A stretch of DNA of 64,000 nt from NCBI GenBank assembly GCA_965203555.1, contig CBDBCY010000004.1, positions 1 to 64,000 on the forward strand, given 5' to 3'. Of this stretch, positions 1-10,105 are shown in pieces. The DNA comes from Acidimicrobiia bacterium (lineage in GTDB: Bacteria; Actinomycetota; Acidimicrobiia; Spongiisociales; ZC4RG35). Under the pieces are notes generated by a model. That model searched no databases. It worked only from the letters and a program-made list of their open reading frames with translations, and was not told the DNA's origin. How positions within the stretch are numbered: position 1 is the stretch's first letter; each line of letters begins with the position of its first letter. A program made the translations under genes and the position numbers.

Positions 1-1
1 G

Positions 2-622
2 GTGTTTCCCTGGCCGTCTTTCGCCATGTACCCATTGTGTGCCCGCTATGCCATGATGACCCCGGTGACCGTGCCTTTGACGGGTGATCACGGGCTGGAT
101 CCGGAAGGTCTGCTGGCCGCCATCGGGCCCGACACCGTCCTGGTGTACATATGCAATCCCAACAACCCCTCCGGTACCTATCTGCGGGCGGATGAGGTGT
201 CCCGGCTGGTGGAGGAGATTCCCGAAGGCGTGCTGGTGGTGGTTGACGAGGCTTACCACGAGTACGTAACGGCCTCCGACTACCGGGGTACGGTGTCGGA
301 AGCCATCGAGCGTCCCAACATGATTACCCTGCGAACTTTTTCCAAGATCTACGGGATGGCGGCCCTGCGGGTCGGTTATGCGGTCGGGCAGGCCGAGACC
401 CTCCAGCAGGTTCGTCGCGTGCAGTCACCCTTTACCGTGACCTCGGTGGGGCAGGTCGGCGCGGTTGAGGCACTGCGCCACCAGGACAAAATCGAGGCCC
501 GGGTCTCCGAAAACGCCCGGGAACGTGATCGGATCGAACAAGGCCTTGCCAAGATGGGCGTGAGATACGTCCCTAGCCAGACCAATTTCATCTACTTCAC
601 GGTGGGATTGGACTCCCAGTGA
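2..622 (+). CDS. hisC: Histidinol-phosphate aminotransferase (5'-truncated by window; C-terminus continues through frameshifts to ~780)
   Basis: Class I/II PLP motifs CNPNNPSG, VVDEAYHEY, RTFSKIYGMAALRVGY, SQTNF; fragments resembling the C-terminal 'WARVTVG...END.FL' occur out of frame at 620-780. Confidence 0.85.
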   Translation: MFPWPSFAMYPLCARYAMMTPVTVPLTGDHGLDPEGLLAAIGPDTVLVYICNPNNPSGTYLRADEVSRLVEEIPEGVLVVVDEAYHEYVTASDYRGTVSEAIERPNMITLRTFSKIYGMAALRVGYAVGQAETLQQVRRVQSPFTVTSVGQVGAVEALRHQDKIEARVSENARERDRIEQGLAKMGVRYVPSQTNFIYFTVGLDSQ

Positions 623-774
623 GACCGCCGAGAGCTTCCTGTCGCCACGGCCTGGTGATCATGCGGGCCTATCCCGGGTGACTGGGCCAGGGTCACGGTG
701 GGCATCGCCCAGCCGAGAACGATCAGCTTCCTGGCGGCGGCCGTCGGAGATCGCCGGCTCAGGACCGGCCCGGC

Positions 775-2022
775 CTATTCGATGATGATTCGGAGTTTGA
801 GCGAAGGCCTGTCCCGCAAGGCATGCTCCACTTCGGCAGAGCCGGTGGGGGGCGGACGGCGAACAAAAAGCCCAGGTAGCGGTCTCCCTCCGGGCAGGGC
901 TTTGATCTCGCCTCCAGCCGGGAGGGATGGTGATCTCCAGATCGGTGATTCCCTGGGGTCGTTGCGGGCCTCCGAGGCGCCATCCTTCGACCTCTCACCA
1001 GCCTCCCGGAACGGGGAATGGGGAGCATCATCACCCCCGTGGCCCCGGGCTGGCGAACGGTGGAAGCGCGCCTCCATTCCGAGGGCCTGGCGGAGGATCA
1101 CCGACTCCCAGGACTCGGCCATCAGCCCGAAACGGAGGGATCTCGCGCAGAGCCCGCCGATGGAGCGAGCCGCCACCTCCAGGACGCTCACCCGGTTTCG
1201 GGTCCGATGCGGAACTCGGCGTGGATCGGCCCTTCCTTCAGGCCCAGGGCCGGTCACCGCCCGTCGGGTGAGGTGATCGATCTCTCGGCCAGGATCTCGG
1301 TTGAGGCAGTCGGGAGGGCGCGATGAGCACCGTCTCCTCGAAGTAGGGTCCCTGGGGCGGGGAGGGCTTGTCGAACACCGCCAGGATTTTCAACCGGCCT
1401 CCGCGAGAGGAGGCCCTCCACGGCCACCTCTCCTCCGGGAAGGAACTCCTCGGCCAGCAGGGGCTGGTTGGGGTTCTGACCCCCGCACCGGCCAGGATGC
1501 GGCGTATCCGGCGGACCGCTGCGGTCGGCGTCGGAGGCCCGGTCGACGCGGATCACGCCCTGGCCGCCCGACCGGGACAAGCGGCTTGAGGACCACCGGA
1601 AGCCCCATTCGGGAGGCGATCCGGGCGGGGGAGTCCCCGCTTTCGATGACCGCGAATCGAGGCTGGGAAACCTCGTCCTGGGCCAGGCGTCGGCGCATCA
1701 TGGCTTTATTGCGGGTGGCCGCCGCCGCGGCGGGAGGATTGTGTGGGAGTCCGATGAGTTGAGCGGCGCGGGCAGCCACCACGACCCCCTGATCGTCGAG
1801 GGGGACAATGGCGTCGACGGGTAGGCGGGCTGCGTGATCGGCAAGCAATTGTGCCGACCATTCCGGACGAGAGCAATCTATCCACACCTGCCGATCGTCG
1901 GCCACCAGGGGTAGTTCCTCCTCTGCGGCGACAGAGACTTCGACTCCCATTTCTCCGGCGGCTCTAACGAAGTCGGTGGCCCTATAGGTCTGGGTGGGGA
2001 TGATGAGCAATACATGGGCCAT
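775..2022 (-). CDS. ATP-grasp domain protein, split by several frameshifts
   Basis: N-term HVLLIIPTQTYRATDF, TRNKAMMRRRL, GLPVVLKP; then in other frames GVIRVD, LAEEFLPGGEVAVEGLL, VLEVAARSIGGLC. Confidence 0.75.
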
Positions 2023-2098
2023 AGCTGATCCCCAATGTAGGGGACCTCACCGAAGCTATCGCACTGTTATTCGGCACAGGGCGGCTACCATTGGCGGC

Positions 2099-2716
2099 AT
2101 GCCGAACAAAGTTCTGACCGTTTCGCCCGAGGCGGTGGAGATGATCGTCTCCCTCCGCGATCAAGAGCCGGGTGACCAGGAGTATGGACTGTCCATCGAG
2201 GTGAGCGGCATCAGGGGAGCACAGTTCCAGTACGAGTTGAGTTTTGTGCCGGTTGAGGATCAGAACTCTCATCAGATCCTGGAGGATCACGGGGGCTTGG
2301 CAGTCCTGATTCCCGACCACGATGCAGAAAAGCTCTCCGGTGCGTCCCTGGAGTTGACCGCTCAGGGTTTGGCTATGAACAACCCCAATGTCCCGCATAG
2401 TCCGACCATGAGTTCCGGCGAGCCGCGGGGAGATCTCACCGGGCCGCTGGCGGAGAAGATCTCGGTGGTCCTCACTGAGAGCATCAATCCGTCGATCGCC
2501 ATGCACGGCGGCATGGCCGAGTTGGTGTCGGTTGACGGGACTGTGGCCTTCCTTCGTCTGTCGGGCGGATGCCAGGGGTGCGGGATGGCCCAGGTCACCC
2601 TCCGCCAGGGCATCGAACGCATTCTTCGCGAGTCCATCCCTGAAATCACCGAAGTGGTGGACGTCACCGACCACGCATCGGGCGCTGACCCCTACTACCA
2701 GTCCTCCAAGAAGTAA
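2099..2716 (+). CDS. nfuA: Fe-S biogenesis protein NfuA (degenerate A-type carrier + NifU C-terminal domain)
   Basis: INPSIAMHGG...LSGGCQGCG...TLRQGIE, VVDVTDH; TACCAT-7nt-ATG leaderless start at 2099. Confidence 0.9.
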   Translation: MPNKVLTVSPEAVEMIVSLRDQEPGDQEYGLSIEVSGIRGAQFQYELSFVPVEDQNSHQILEDHGGLAVLIPDHDAEKLSGASLELTAQGLAMNNPNVPHSPTMSSGEPRGDLTGPLAEKISVVLTESINPSIAMHGGMAELVSVDGTVAFLRLSGGCQGCGMAQVTLRQGIERILRESIPEITEVVDVTDHASGADPYYQSSKK

Positions 2717-2752
2717 ATCCCCGACCGGGTGCCTCGTCGTTTCTCGGGACGC

Positions 2753-5700
2753 CTATCGGGTGTATTGCACGCCATCGGGGACCGGCACGGTGGGTAGGTG
2801 TCCCCAGCAGGCGATCGAGCCGTCGGTGGTTATCGCGCATGAATACTCATCGGCCACAACCGCGGTGAACTTCCCTGTCGGGGGGCCTGCCTGACCATAC
2901 CAGTAGGCGCCCCAGCATTCAATGGTCTGATCGGTACGTATCCCGCACGAGTGATTGAGGCCGGCGGTTACGGTGGTGAAGGTTCCTTCCGGGGGATCGG
3001 ATTGACCATTGTAGTTGTCGCCCCAGCAACCAATCGTGCCATCGGTGCGTATCCCGCAGGAATGGAAGTGGCTGGAGGCGATGGTGGTGAAGGTTCCTTC
3101 CGGGGGATCGGATTGACCATTGTTGTTGTAGCCCCAGCATGCGACAGCGCCATCGGCGCTCAGTCCACATGAATGCCACACGCCGGTGGCGATGGCGGTG
3201 AATTGGCCTTCTGGGGGGTCGGTTTGACCATACCGGTTGTTGCCCCAGCATTCGATGGTCTGGTCGGTGCGTATCCCGCATGCGTGCTCATGACTGGCAT
3301 CGATAGCGGCGAAGGTTCCTTTCAGTGGGTGGGCTTTGCCGTAGTAGTCCCAGCAGGTAATGGTTTGGTCCGTGGCTATGGCGCACAAACCCTCATTGTT
3401 GCTGTAGGTGGCGATATCGGTGAAGGTTCCTTCGATGAGGTCGACCCACCAGGAGATGTACTCCCCGCCCCAGCATTCGATGGTCTGGTCGGTGCGTATC
3501 CCGCATGCGTGCTCATGACTGGCATCGATGGAGGTGAAGATTCCCTCCGGTAGGTCGGCCCGTTCAGCCGAGTTGTAACCCCAGCAGGTGATGGTCCGGT
3601 CAGTGCGAACTCCACACCAGTGACCGTCGCCGGCGGTGATGGTGGTGAATTGGCCTTCGGGAGGGTCGGTGTCGCCGTCCCAGCATTCGATGGTCTCATC
3701 GGTGCGTATGGCACATGAGTACCCTTCGCCGACGGTGACGGTGGTGAATTGGCCTTCGGGTGGGTCGGTCTGAGCGGACAGGTTGTCTCCGCCCCAGCAT
3801 TCGATGGCGCCGTTGGTGCGCACTCCGCATGAATGCCACACGCCGGTGGAGATGGTGGTGAATTGGCCTTTTGGGGGGTCGGTTTGACCATGCGGGTTGT
3901 TGCCCCAGCATTCGATGGTCTGGTCGGTGCGTATCCCGCATGCGTGCTCATAAGTGGCGTCAATGGCGGTGAAGGTTCCTTGCGGCGGGTTGGCCTCACC
4001 AAACCGGTTCTTGCCCCAGCATTCGATGGTCTGGTCGGCGTGTATCGCGCATGAATGATTCTCACCGGCGGTGATGGAGGTGAAGGTTCCTTCCGGGGGA
4101 TTGGCGTACGCATCCCAACTGCTGCCCCAGCATTCGATGGATCCACTCACACCTATCGCACAGGAATGCCTGCTTCCGGTGGAGATGGTGGTAAAGGTCC
4201 CTTCGGGAGGTTCCGCATTACCAAAAGAGTTGTCGCCCCAGCAGACGATGACTCCGTTGACGCCCAGTCCGCATGCATAATGCAAACCGGCCGTGACAGC
4301 GGTAAACCTGGTTGGCGCGGTGGCGGTGGAAGGTGTGGCGGCGGCCGGGGTGGTGGTAGTGGTGGTAGTGGTGGTCGTCCGGATGGTGGTGGTGGTTGTC
4401 TGGATAGTGCTGGTGGGTTGCCACCGCACCCCCTCAGGGGCCGGCGCCGTGGGCAGCTTCCCCCAGCACTTAATTGTGCCGTCAGTACCCAATCCGCATG
4501 AATGCCGCTCTCCAGTTGCGACATCGCGGTATTGACCGTCCGGTGGGTCGGTCTCTCCGTGCTGGTTGTTGCCCCAGCAGGTGACAGTGCCGTCGGTGCG
4601 CACTCCGCATGAATGGTGATCGCCGGTGGAGATGGCGGTGAAGTGGCCTTCGGGTGGGTCGGTCTCTCCGTGCTGGTTGTTGCCCCAGCAGGTGACAGTG
4701 CCGTCGGTGCGCACTCCGCATGAATGGTGATCGCCGGTGGAGATGGCGGTGAAGTGGCCTTCGGGTGGGTCGGCCTCGCCATGTGAGTTGAGACCCCAGC
4801 AGGCTACGGTGCCGTCGGTGCGGATCCCGCATGAGTGGAGCAGTCCGGTGGCGATAGCGGTGAAGGTGCCTTCGGCCGGGTCGGTTTGACCGTACCGGTT
4901 GCTGCCCCAGCAGGCTACGGTTTGGTCGGCGCGGAGTCCGCACGAATAGGAACGGCTGGCGGCGATGGCGCTGAATTCTTCCTGGGGTGGATAGGACTGC
5001 CCGGATCCGTTATGACCCCAGCAGGCTACGGTGCCGTCGGTGCGGATCCCGCATGAGTGGAGCGGTCCGGCGGCGATGGCGGTGAAGTTGCCTTCGGGTG
5101 GGTCGGCCTCGCCATGTGAGTTGTGGCCCCAGCAGGCCATTGTGCGGTTGGTGCGTATCGCGCATGAGTGACTGTCGTTGGCAGCGATGGCTGTGAAGCG
5201 CCCCTGTGGCGGATCGGCGAACTCGACCGGGTTTTTCCCCCAGCAGGTGACAGCGCCGTCGGTGTGGATCCCACACGAAGAGTTCCCGTCAGCGGATATG
5301 CCGGCGAAAATGCCTTCCGGCGGGGTGGCCTGACCTCGCCTGTTGTCGCCCCAGCAGGCGATGGTTTGGTCGGTGCGCAGCGCACAGGAGTGCCACCAAC
5401 CGGCGGTGAGTGCCGTGAAGGCGCCCTCGGGTGGGTAGGCCTCACCATCGGAGTTGTCGCCCCAGCAGGTGATGGTTTGGTCGGCGCCCAGGGCGCACGA
5501 GTGATTTACACCGGTGGCTATGGCGGTGAAGGCGCCTTCCGGTGGGTCGGCTTTACCGTGGGAGTTGTCGCCCCAGCAGCTGATGGTCCGGTCGGTGCGT
5601 ATCGCGCATGAGTGCTCATCGCTGGTGGCGATGGCGATGAACTCTCCTTCGGGTGGGAAGGCCTCGCCATGTGAGTTATAGCCCCAGCAGCTGATGGTCC

Positions 5701-6217
5701 GGTCGGTGCGTATCGCGCATGAGTGCTCGTCGCTGGTGGCGATGGCGGTGAAGCTCCCTTCGGGTGGGTCGGCCCGGCCATCCCAGTTGGCGCCCCAGCA
5801 GATGACAGTTCCATCGGTTCCGAGCCCGCACGAATGGTTATAACCGGTAGTTGCCGCGGTAAAGGCTCCTTCCGGGGATTCGACCTCACCGTATTTGTCG
5901 CTGCCCCAGCAGGTGATGGTCTGGTCGGTGCGTATCGCGCATAGGAAGCCATGGCCTGGCGCGATGGCGGTAAACCCGCTCAGGGGTTTATCAGACGTGG
6001 TGATCGTAGTGGCAGTCGTCGAGGTGGTGGGCGTTGATGTGGTAGGGGACCTAGTCGGCGCCGTATGTGTGGTTGAAGGAGGTGTGATTGTGGTGGTCGT
6101 CTGGATTGGCGCGACAGTATCGGATGTTGTTACTTCTGCGGTCTCGTTGTTACCACAGGCAATGGCCACGACCACCAAGGCTGTCGAGAGTGTGAAGAGA
6201 GAACGCTTTGCTCTCAT
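2753..6217 (-). CDS. Lipoprotein with two arrays of 14 RCC1/BLIP-II-like repeats and Thr-rich linkers
   Basis: Lipobox VAIAC; ~37-aa repeats FTAIAAG..HSCGIRTDGTV.CWG.N..GQ.DPPEG; 14+14 CW(G/D) motifs counted. Confidence 0.9.
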   Translation of the reverse strand: MRAKRSLFTLSTALVVVAIACGNNETAEVTTSDTVAPIQTTTTITPPSTTHTAPTRSPTTSTPTTSTTATTITTSDKPLSGFTAIAPGHGFLCAIRTDQTITCWGSDKYGEVESPEGAFTAATTGYNHSCGLGTDGTVICWGANWDGRADPPEGSFTAIATSDEHSCAIRTDRTISCWGYNSHGEAFPPEGEFIAIATSDEHSCAIRTDRTISCWGDNSHGKADPPEGAFTAIATGVNHSCALGADQTITCWGDNSDGEAYPPEGAFTALTAGWWHSCALRTDQTIACWGDNRRGQATPPEGIFAGISADGNSSCGIHTDGAVTCWGKNPVEFADPPQGRFTAIAANDSHSCAIRTNRTMACWGHNSHGEADPPEGNFTAIAAGPLHSCGIRTDGTVACWGHNGSGQSYPPQEEFSAIAASRSYSCGLRADQTVACWGSNRYGQTDPAEGTFTAIATGLLHSCGIRTDGTVACWGLNSHGEADPPEGHFTAISTGDHHSCGVRTDGTVTCWGNNQHGETDPPEGHFTAISTGDHHSCGVRTDGTVTCWGNNQHGETDPPDGQYRDVATGERHSCGLGTDGTIKCWGKLPTAPAPEGVRWQPTSTIQTTTTTIRTTTTTTTTTTPAAATPSTATAPTRFTAVTAGLHYACGLGVNGVIVCWGDNSFGNAEPPEGTFTTISTGSRHSCAIGVSGSIECWGSSWDAYANPPEGTFTSITAGENHSCAIHADQTIECWGKNRFGEANPPQGTFTAIDATYEHACGIRTDQTIECWGNNPHGQTDPPKGQFTTISTGVWHSCGVRTNGAIECWGGDNLSAQTDPPEGQFTTVTVGEGYSCAIRTDETIECWDGDTDPPEGQFTTITAGDGHWCGVRTDRTITCWGYNSAERADLPEGIFTSIDASHEHACGIRTDQTIECWGGEYISWWVDLIEGTFTDIATYSNNEGLCAIATDQTITCWDYYGKAHPLKGTFAAIDASHEHACGIRTDQTIECWGNNRYGQTDPPEGQFTAIATGVWHSCGLSADGAVACWGYNNNGQSDPPEGTFTTIASSHFHSCGIRTDGTIGCWGDNYNGQSDPPEGTFTTVTAGLNHSCGIRTDQTIECWGAYWYGQAGPPTGKFTAVVADEYSCAITTDGSIACWGHLPTVPVPDGVQYTR
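4542..4772. repeat. Near-perfect 111-nt tandem duplication inside RCC1 array
   Basis: Peptide HFTAISTGDHHSCGVRTDGTVTCWGNNQHGETDPP encoded twice by essentially identical DNA. Confidence 0.9.
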
Positions 6218-6375
6218 GGAAGAGTCAGGGAGAAACCAGGGTGTGAATAGAGATCTTGGTACGGTAGGGATGGATCAGGATGACACCCGCTCCGGTCATC
6301 TCCCACTTCGAACTCTCCGTGTCAACCCTGCCTAACACATAAAACCGACTTCAAGACGGAGAATGGAAGAATAGG

Positions 6376-8706
6376 TCATCGTAAAGCTCCCGCCATCCTG
6401 TTGCCCGACCATGATACTCCGGCGGGGACGGGTATGACCGGCAGGCGGCCCCAGCAGGCGACGGTTCCTTCGGTGCGTATCCCGCATGAGTGGGTGGGGC
6501 CGGATGTGATGGTGGTGAATGTTCCTCTCGGTGGGGTGATTTGGTCGGCGGAATTGTCGCCCCAGCAGGTGATGGTTCCGTTGGCGCCTATCCCGCAGGA
6601 GTGGGTGGAACCGGCGGTGACGGCGGTGAATGTTCCGGGCGGTGGGGTGGCCTGGCCGTGGTCGTTCAGACCCCAACATGACACGGTCAGTCTCGCGGTA
6701 ATTGCGCATGAGTGGGTGAGGCCGGATGTGATGGTGGTGAATGTTCCTCTCGGTGGGGTGATTTGGTCGGCGGAATTGTCGCCCCAGCAGGTGATGGTTC
6801 CGTTGGCGCCTATCCCGCAGGAGTGGGTGGAACCGGCGGTGACGGCGGTGAATGTTCCGGGCGGTGGGGTGGCCTGGCCGTGGTCGTTCAGACCCCAGCA
6901 GGCGACGGTTCCCTCGGTGCGTATCCCGCATGAGTGGGAACCTCCGGCGGTCAGGTAGCCGAACCGTCCTTCTTCCGGCGTGGACTGGCCGAACCAGTCG
7001 GCGCCCCAGCAGGTGATGGTTCCGTTGGCGCCTATCCCGCAGGTGTGAAGATCCCCGGCGGCCACCGCGGTGAACCTCGGCCTGGGGGGATCGGCCTGGC
7101 CATGGCGACTGTCGCCCCAGCAGGTGATGGTTCCGTTGGCGCCTATCCCGCAGGTGTGAAGACTCCCCGCGGTGATTGTCCTGAAGTGTTCGCCTGTCGG
7201 CGATGCGGTTCGGTCGGCGGAATTGTTGCCCCAGCATCGGAGAGTCCTGTCGGTGCGTATCCCGCAGGAATGCTCCTCCCCGGCGGCGATGGTCCTGTAC
7301 CGGCCTCCGGGGGCGTCGGTTCTTCCGAACCTGTTGTCCCCCCAGCAGACTGCCGAGCCGGTGGTGAGGATGCCGCAGGAATGGTCCTGGCCAGCGGATA
7401 TCGCCCGGTATCTGCCCTTTGGCGGGCTTGCTTCCCCGAAACGGTCGGCGCCCCAGCAGATGACCGTCCGGTCGGTGCGCAGACCGCAGGAATGAAAGGC
7501 GCCGGCGGTTATCGAGGTGTACTTTCCTGCCGGTGGTGCGGTCTGATTGACCAGATCGGCGCCCCAGCAGACGATTGTTTCATCGGCGCGGATGGCGCAG
7601 GAGTGATTGCTGCCACCCGTTACGGCTTTGAAGCGTCCCTCGGGTGCAGTGGCCTGGCCGTGTCCGTCGTCGCCCCAGCAGACGATCGAGTCGTCGGCGC
7701 GGATGGCGCATGAATGGTTCTGGCCGGCGGCTACTGCTCGATAAGCACCTTCCGGCGGGTCAGCCTGGCCGGACTGGTTGTTCCCCCAGCAGGCTGCCGA
7801 GCCGGTGGTGAGGATGCCGCAGGAATGAAGGGCGCCGGTGGTGACTGAACTGAAGCGACCGGACGGCGGACTGGCCTGACCGAACCTGTTGTCCCCCCAG
7901 CAGACCATTGAGCCATCGATCTGTATCGCACAGGTGTGGCCGCGGTCGGCGCTGACCGCAGTGAACTGCGCCGGTATCGCCGCGGTGGCCGGATCAAAGT
8001 GACGGAATCGATACAGGAAGGTGGCTGCCTGCGCCCGGGTTACCACACCGTAGGGATCGAAGCGATACTCTGCCACTCCCGCAGTGATCCCATTGGCCAC
8101 TGCCCACCCTGCCGCCGCGTCCGCCCAGTGTCCGGCAGGCAGGTCTTCGAACTGGGCCGATCCGCGGAAAGCGGCGCCGGATGGACCATTCAGAAGATTG
8201 TTCATCTTGTACAAAAAAGTGACCATTTGGGCACGGGTGATCGTCTTGTCCGGAGTGAAGGTTCTCGTCGCCACTCCGGAGGTGATTCCATTGGCCACTG
8301 CCCAGCCGATCATTTCCCCCGCCTCGTGCTCCGGTGGAACGTCGTCGAAGTAATCCGAACCACGGGCGCCGCCTCCATTGTCCGGACCACCCAGGAGAAT
8401 GTTGACCCGGAACAGGAACGTCACTATTTCTTGCCGGGTGACCAAGCCGTCCACACCGAATACCGAATTGTTCAACCCGGTCATCACTCCGGCGGTGACT
8501 GCCCATTCCACCTCCTCTTCCGCCCAATGTCCGGCCGGCACATCCTCGAACAGGTCCGAGTCCTCTTGTTGCTGGGCGTGTGCCAGGGCGGTCGAAAGGG
8601 TCAATATCAAGAGGACGGAGAACAGAGCCCCGATGACCCGGGAAAGACCGAACCGCGCAGGTGGCCGGGGGACTGACCGCGGAAGGGGATCGGACGAGAT
8701 CAACAC
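6376..8706 (-). CDS. Secreted protein with three SLH domains and 14 RCC1-like repeats
   Basis: Signal peptide ending AHA; SLH motifs FEDVPAGHWA..TRQE, FDDVP..TRAQ, FEDLPAGHWA..TRAQ; 14 CWG repeats. Confidence 0.9.
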   Translation of the reverse strand: MLISSDPLPRSVPRPPARFGLSRVIGALFSVLLILTLSTALAHAQQQEDSDLFEDVPAGHWAEEEVEWAVTAGVMTGLNNSVFGVDGLVTRQEIVTFLFRVNILLGGPDNGGGARGSDYFDDVPPEHEAGEMIGWAVANGITSGVATRTFTPDKTITRAQMVTFLYKMNNLLNGPSGAAFRGSAQFEDLPAGHWADAAAGWAVANGITAGVAEYRFDPYGVVTRAQAATFLYRFRHFDPATAAIPAQFTAVSADRGHTCAIQIDGSMVCWGDNRFGQASPPSGRFSSVTTGALHSCGILTTGSAACWGNNQSGQADPPEGAYRAVAAGQNHSCAIRADDSIVCWGDDGHGQATAPEGRFKAVTGGSNHSCAIRADETIVCWGADLVNQTAPPAGKYTSITAGAFHSCGLRTDRTVICWGADRFGEASPPKGRYRAISAGQDHSCGILTTGSAVCWGDNRFGRTDAPGGRYRTIAAGEEHSCGIRTDRTLRCWGNNSADRTASPTGEHFRTITAGSLHTCGIGANGTITCWGDSRHGQADPPRPRFTAVAAGDLHTCGIGANGTITCWGADWFGQSTPEEGRFGYLTAGGSHSCGIRTEGTVACWGLNDHGQATPPPGTFTAVTAGSTHSCGIGANGTITCWGDNSADQITPPRGTFTTITSGLTHSCAITARLTVSCWGLNDHGQATPPPGTFTAVTAGSTHSCGIGANGTITCWGDNSADQITPPRGTFTTITSGPTHSCGIRTEGTVACWGRLPVIPVPAGVSWSGNRMAGALR
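6484..6900. repeat. 222-nt period (two-repeat) near-identical duplication in SLH-RCC1 gene
   Basis: CWGLNDHGQATPPPGTFTAVTAGSTHSCGIGANGTITCWGDNSADQITPPRGTFTTITSG occurs twice with near-identical DNA. Confidence 0.85.
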
Positions 8707-8833
8707 TTTATCCGGTCGCCAAGGGATAGGAGATCACCGACCGGGCAAACCCGGCGAATATGTGGGTTCCTGCCTTCACGCTGCAATGAGGGCAAATCAT
8801 AGACTCTTTGATCACGGTGGCTCGGCCAAGTGG

Positions 8834-9535
8834 TCAGGAGAGAGTCGGATAGGCTTCCAGGCCGTCCAGCCCGACTGTGACGGAGGTGACCGGCTGGGGT
8901 TTTTCCTCCATCAAGGCGGCCAGCCGGCCTTCCAGATGCCCGTATCCGACCATCCGAGTCACCAACGGGAGCCCTAGCCAGTCGGCTATTTCCCGGGCCT
9001 TGGCCATCAGAGTCTCGTCTTCGACCTGGATCAGGTAGGCCACCCGGTGGTAGTTCTCGAACATCATCTCCTTGAGTTCGGGGTGTCGTCGAAGCCGCAG
9101 TCCTTCCACCACCAGGTTCTTCCAGGACTTGACCAAGAAGTCGGTGAGAAAGAAGGTTCCGGGATCTTCTTCCGTCAGTTGGACGAACTCATCGCCGCCG
9201 AACATCTCGTAGCAATGGGGTCCGAGAGTGCGCTCCACACCTGCTTTTTCAAGCATGGGATCCAGGTCGGGCGCTCCGCAATGTCCGTACACCACCACTT
9301 GACGTTCGAAATCTTCCCGGGTTTCCGCCAGCTTCTCGGCCACTGCTCCGGTGATCAATTGGGGGCGGTTGTGGAGGCGGGCGTTGATCACCCGCAGTTC
9401 CACATCCCACCCGTGGCGATCGATGATTTCTCGAAGTTCCTTGCCCAAGGCGGCGCAGGCCACCATCACTGTGCGCTTGCGGCTGCCGACCGATGTGTCC
9501 CCGCCGCGATGGTCGCCGCCGACCCGGAGATTCAC
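8834..9535 (-). CDS. DUF1638 domain protein
   Basis: ACAALGKE, LHNRPQLI, YGHCG, GPHCYEM, GTFFLTDFL, YHRVAYL, LGLPL...GYG motifs. Confidence 0.85.
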   Translation of the reverse strand: MNLRVGGDHRGGDTSVGSRKRTVMVACAALGKELREIIDRHGWDVELRVINARLHNRPQLITGAVAEKLAETREDFERQVVVYGHCGAPDLDPMLEKAGVERTLGPHCYEMFGGDEFVQLTEEDPGTFFLTDFLVKSWKNLVVEGLRLRRHPELKEMMFENYHRVAYLIQVEDETLMAKAREIADWLGLPLVTRMVGYGHLEGRLAALMEEKPQPVTSVTVGLDGLEAYPTLS

Positions 9536-9858
9536 GTCTTTTCCTGCTGCGCTCGATAGGTGGCCACAATAGAGCGGCGCAGGTTCGACAGGCGCTTGGA
9601 GGGATACTCGGCCTCCAGTCTTTCGACGACCCGTTCGGCCACTTCGGCCGGCGCCCCGGGTTCGGTTAGGGGATCACCCCACGACCAACCTGCCATATAC
9701 GACTCCTCATCGGATCTCCCGGTCATGGTTGCCACCGAGTCCACTGCCATCTGAAACCGGTTGCTCAGGTGTCTGCGCACCCGGCCGCGCCGCCCATCTC
9801 TGGTCGCTTTCACGCCGACCGGGATCTTGTCCCAATAGAGAATCTGATAGGTGGCGAT
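9532..9858 (-). CDS. 'Virulence factor' family small protein (usual DUF1638 partner); start probably non-canonical ATC at 9858
   Basis: In-frame YQILYWDKIPVGVKA...LSNRFQMAVD...YMAGW...LEAEYP..RL; GGAGG at 9868-9864. Confidence 0.75.
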   Translation of the reverse strand: MATYQILYWDKIPVGVKATRDGRRGRVRRHLSNRFQMAVDSVATMTGRSDEESYMAGWSWGDPLTEPGAPAEVAERVVERLEAEYPSKRLSNLRRSIVATYRAQQEKT

Positions 9859-10105
9859 CAGGGCCTCCCAATGAAGGGGAAGAAAGTATTGAACGGCAAA
9901 TGATAACGGACTTTCATGGGAGTTTTGACTACTTGTTGTATTTGCCGGGGCGCATGTTATCCATCCCGCACCGGGCTTGGGGATCTCCGGGCTTTACAAG
10001 CGGGAAGTCGGGTCGGAAGGGACTGCGCCTCGCTGCGCCCTAGCATGGGTGTTGAGCAGCGCGTCTTGGCGGCCTATCCCTTCCCCCGCTGGACAGGAGT
10101 ACCGG

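Noticed and set aside
2753-8000. Diversity-generating retroelement acting on RCC1 repeats (some loop codons look like AAC variants, e.g. TAC-AAC-AAC vs GAC-AAC-TAC)
   Set aside because: No reverse transcriptase or non-coding template repeat in the window; many differences are not at adenines, and C-ending codons are expected at this GC content.
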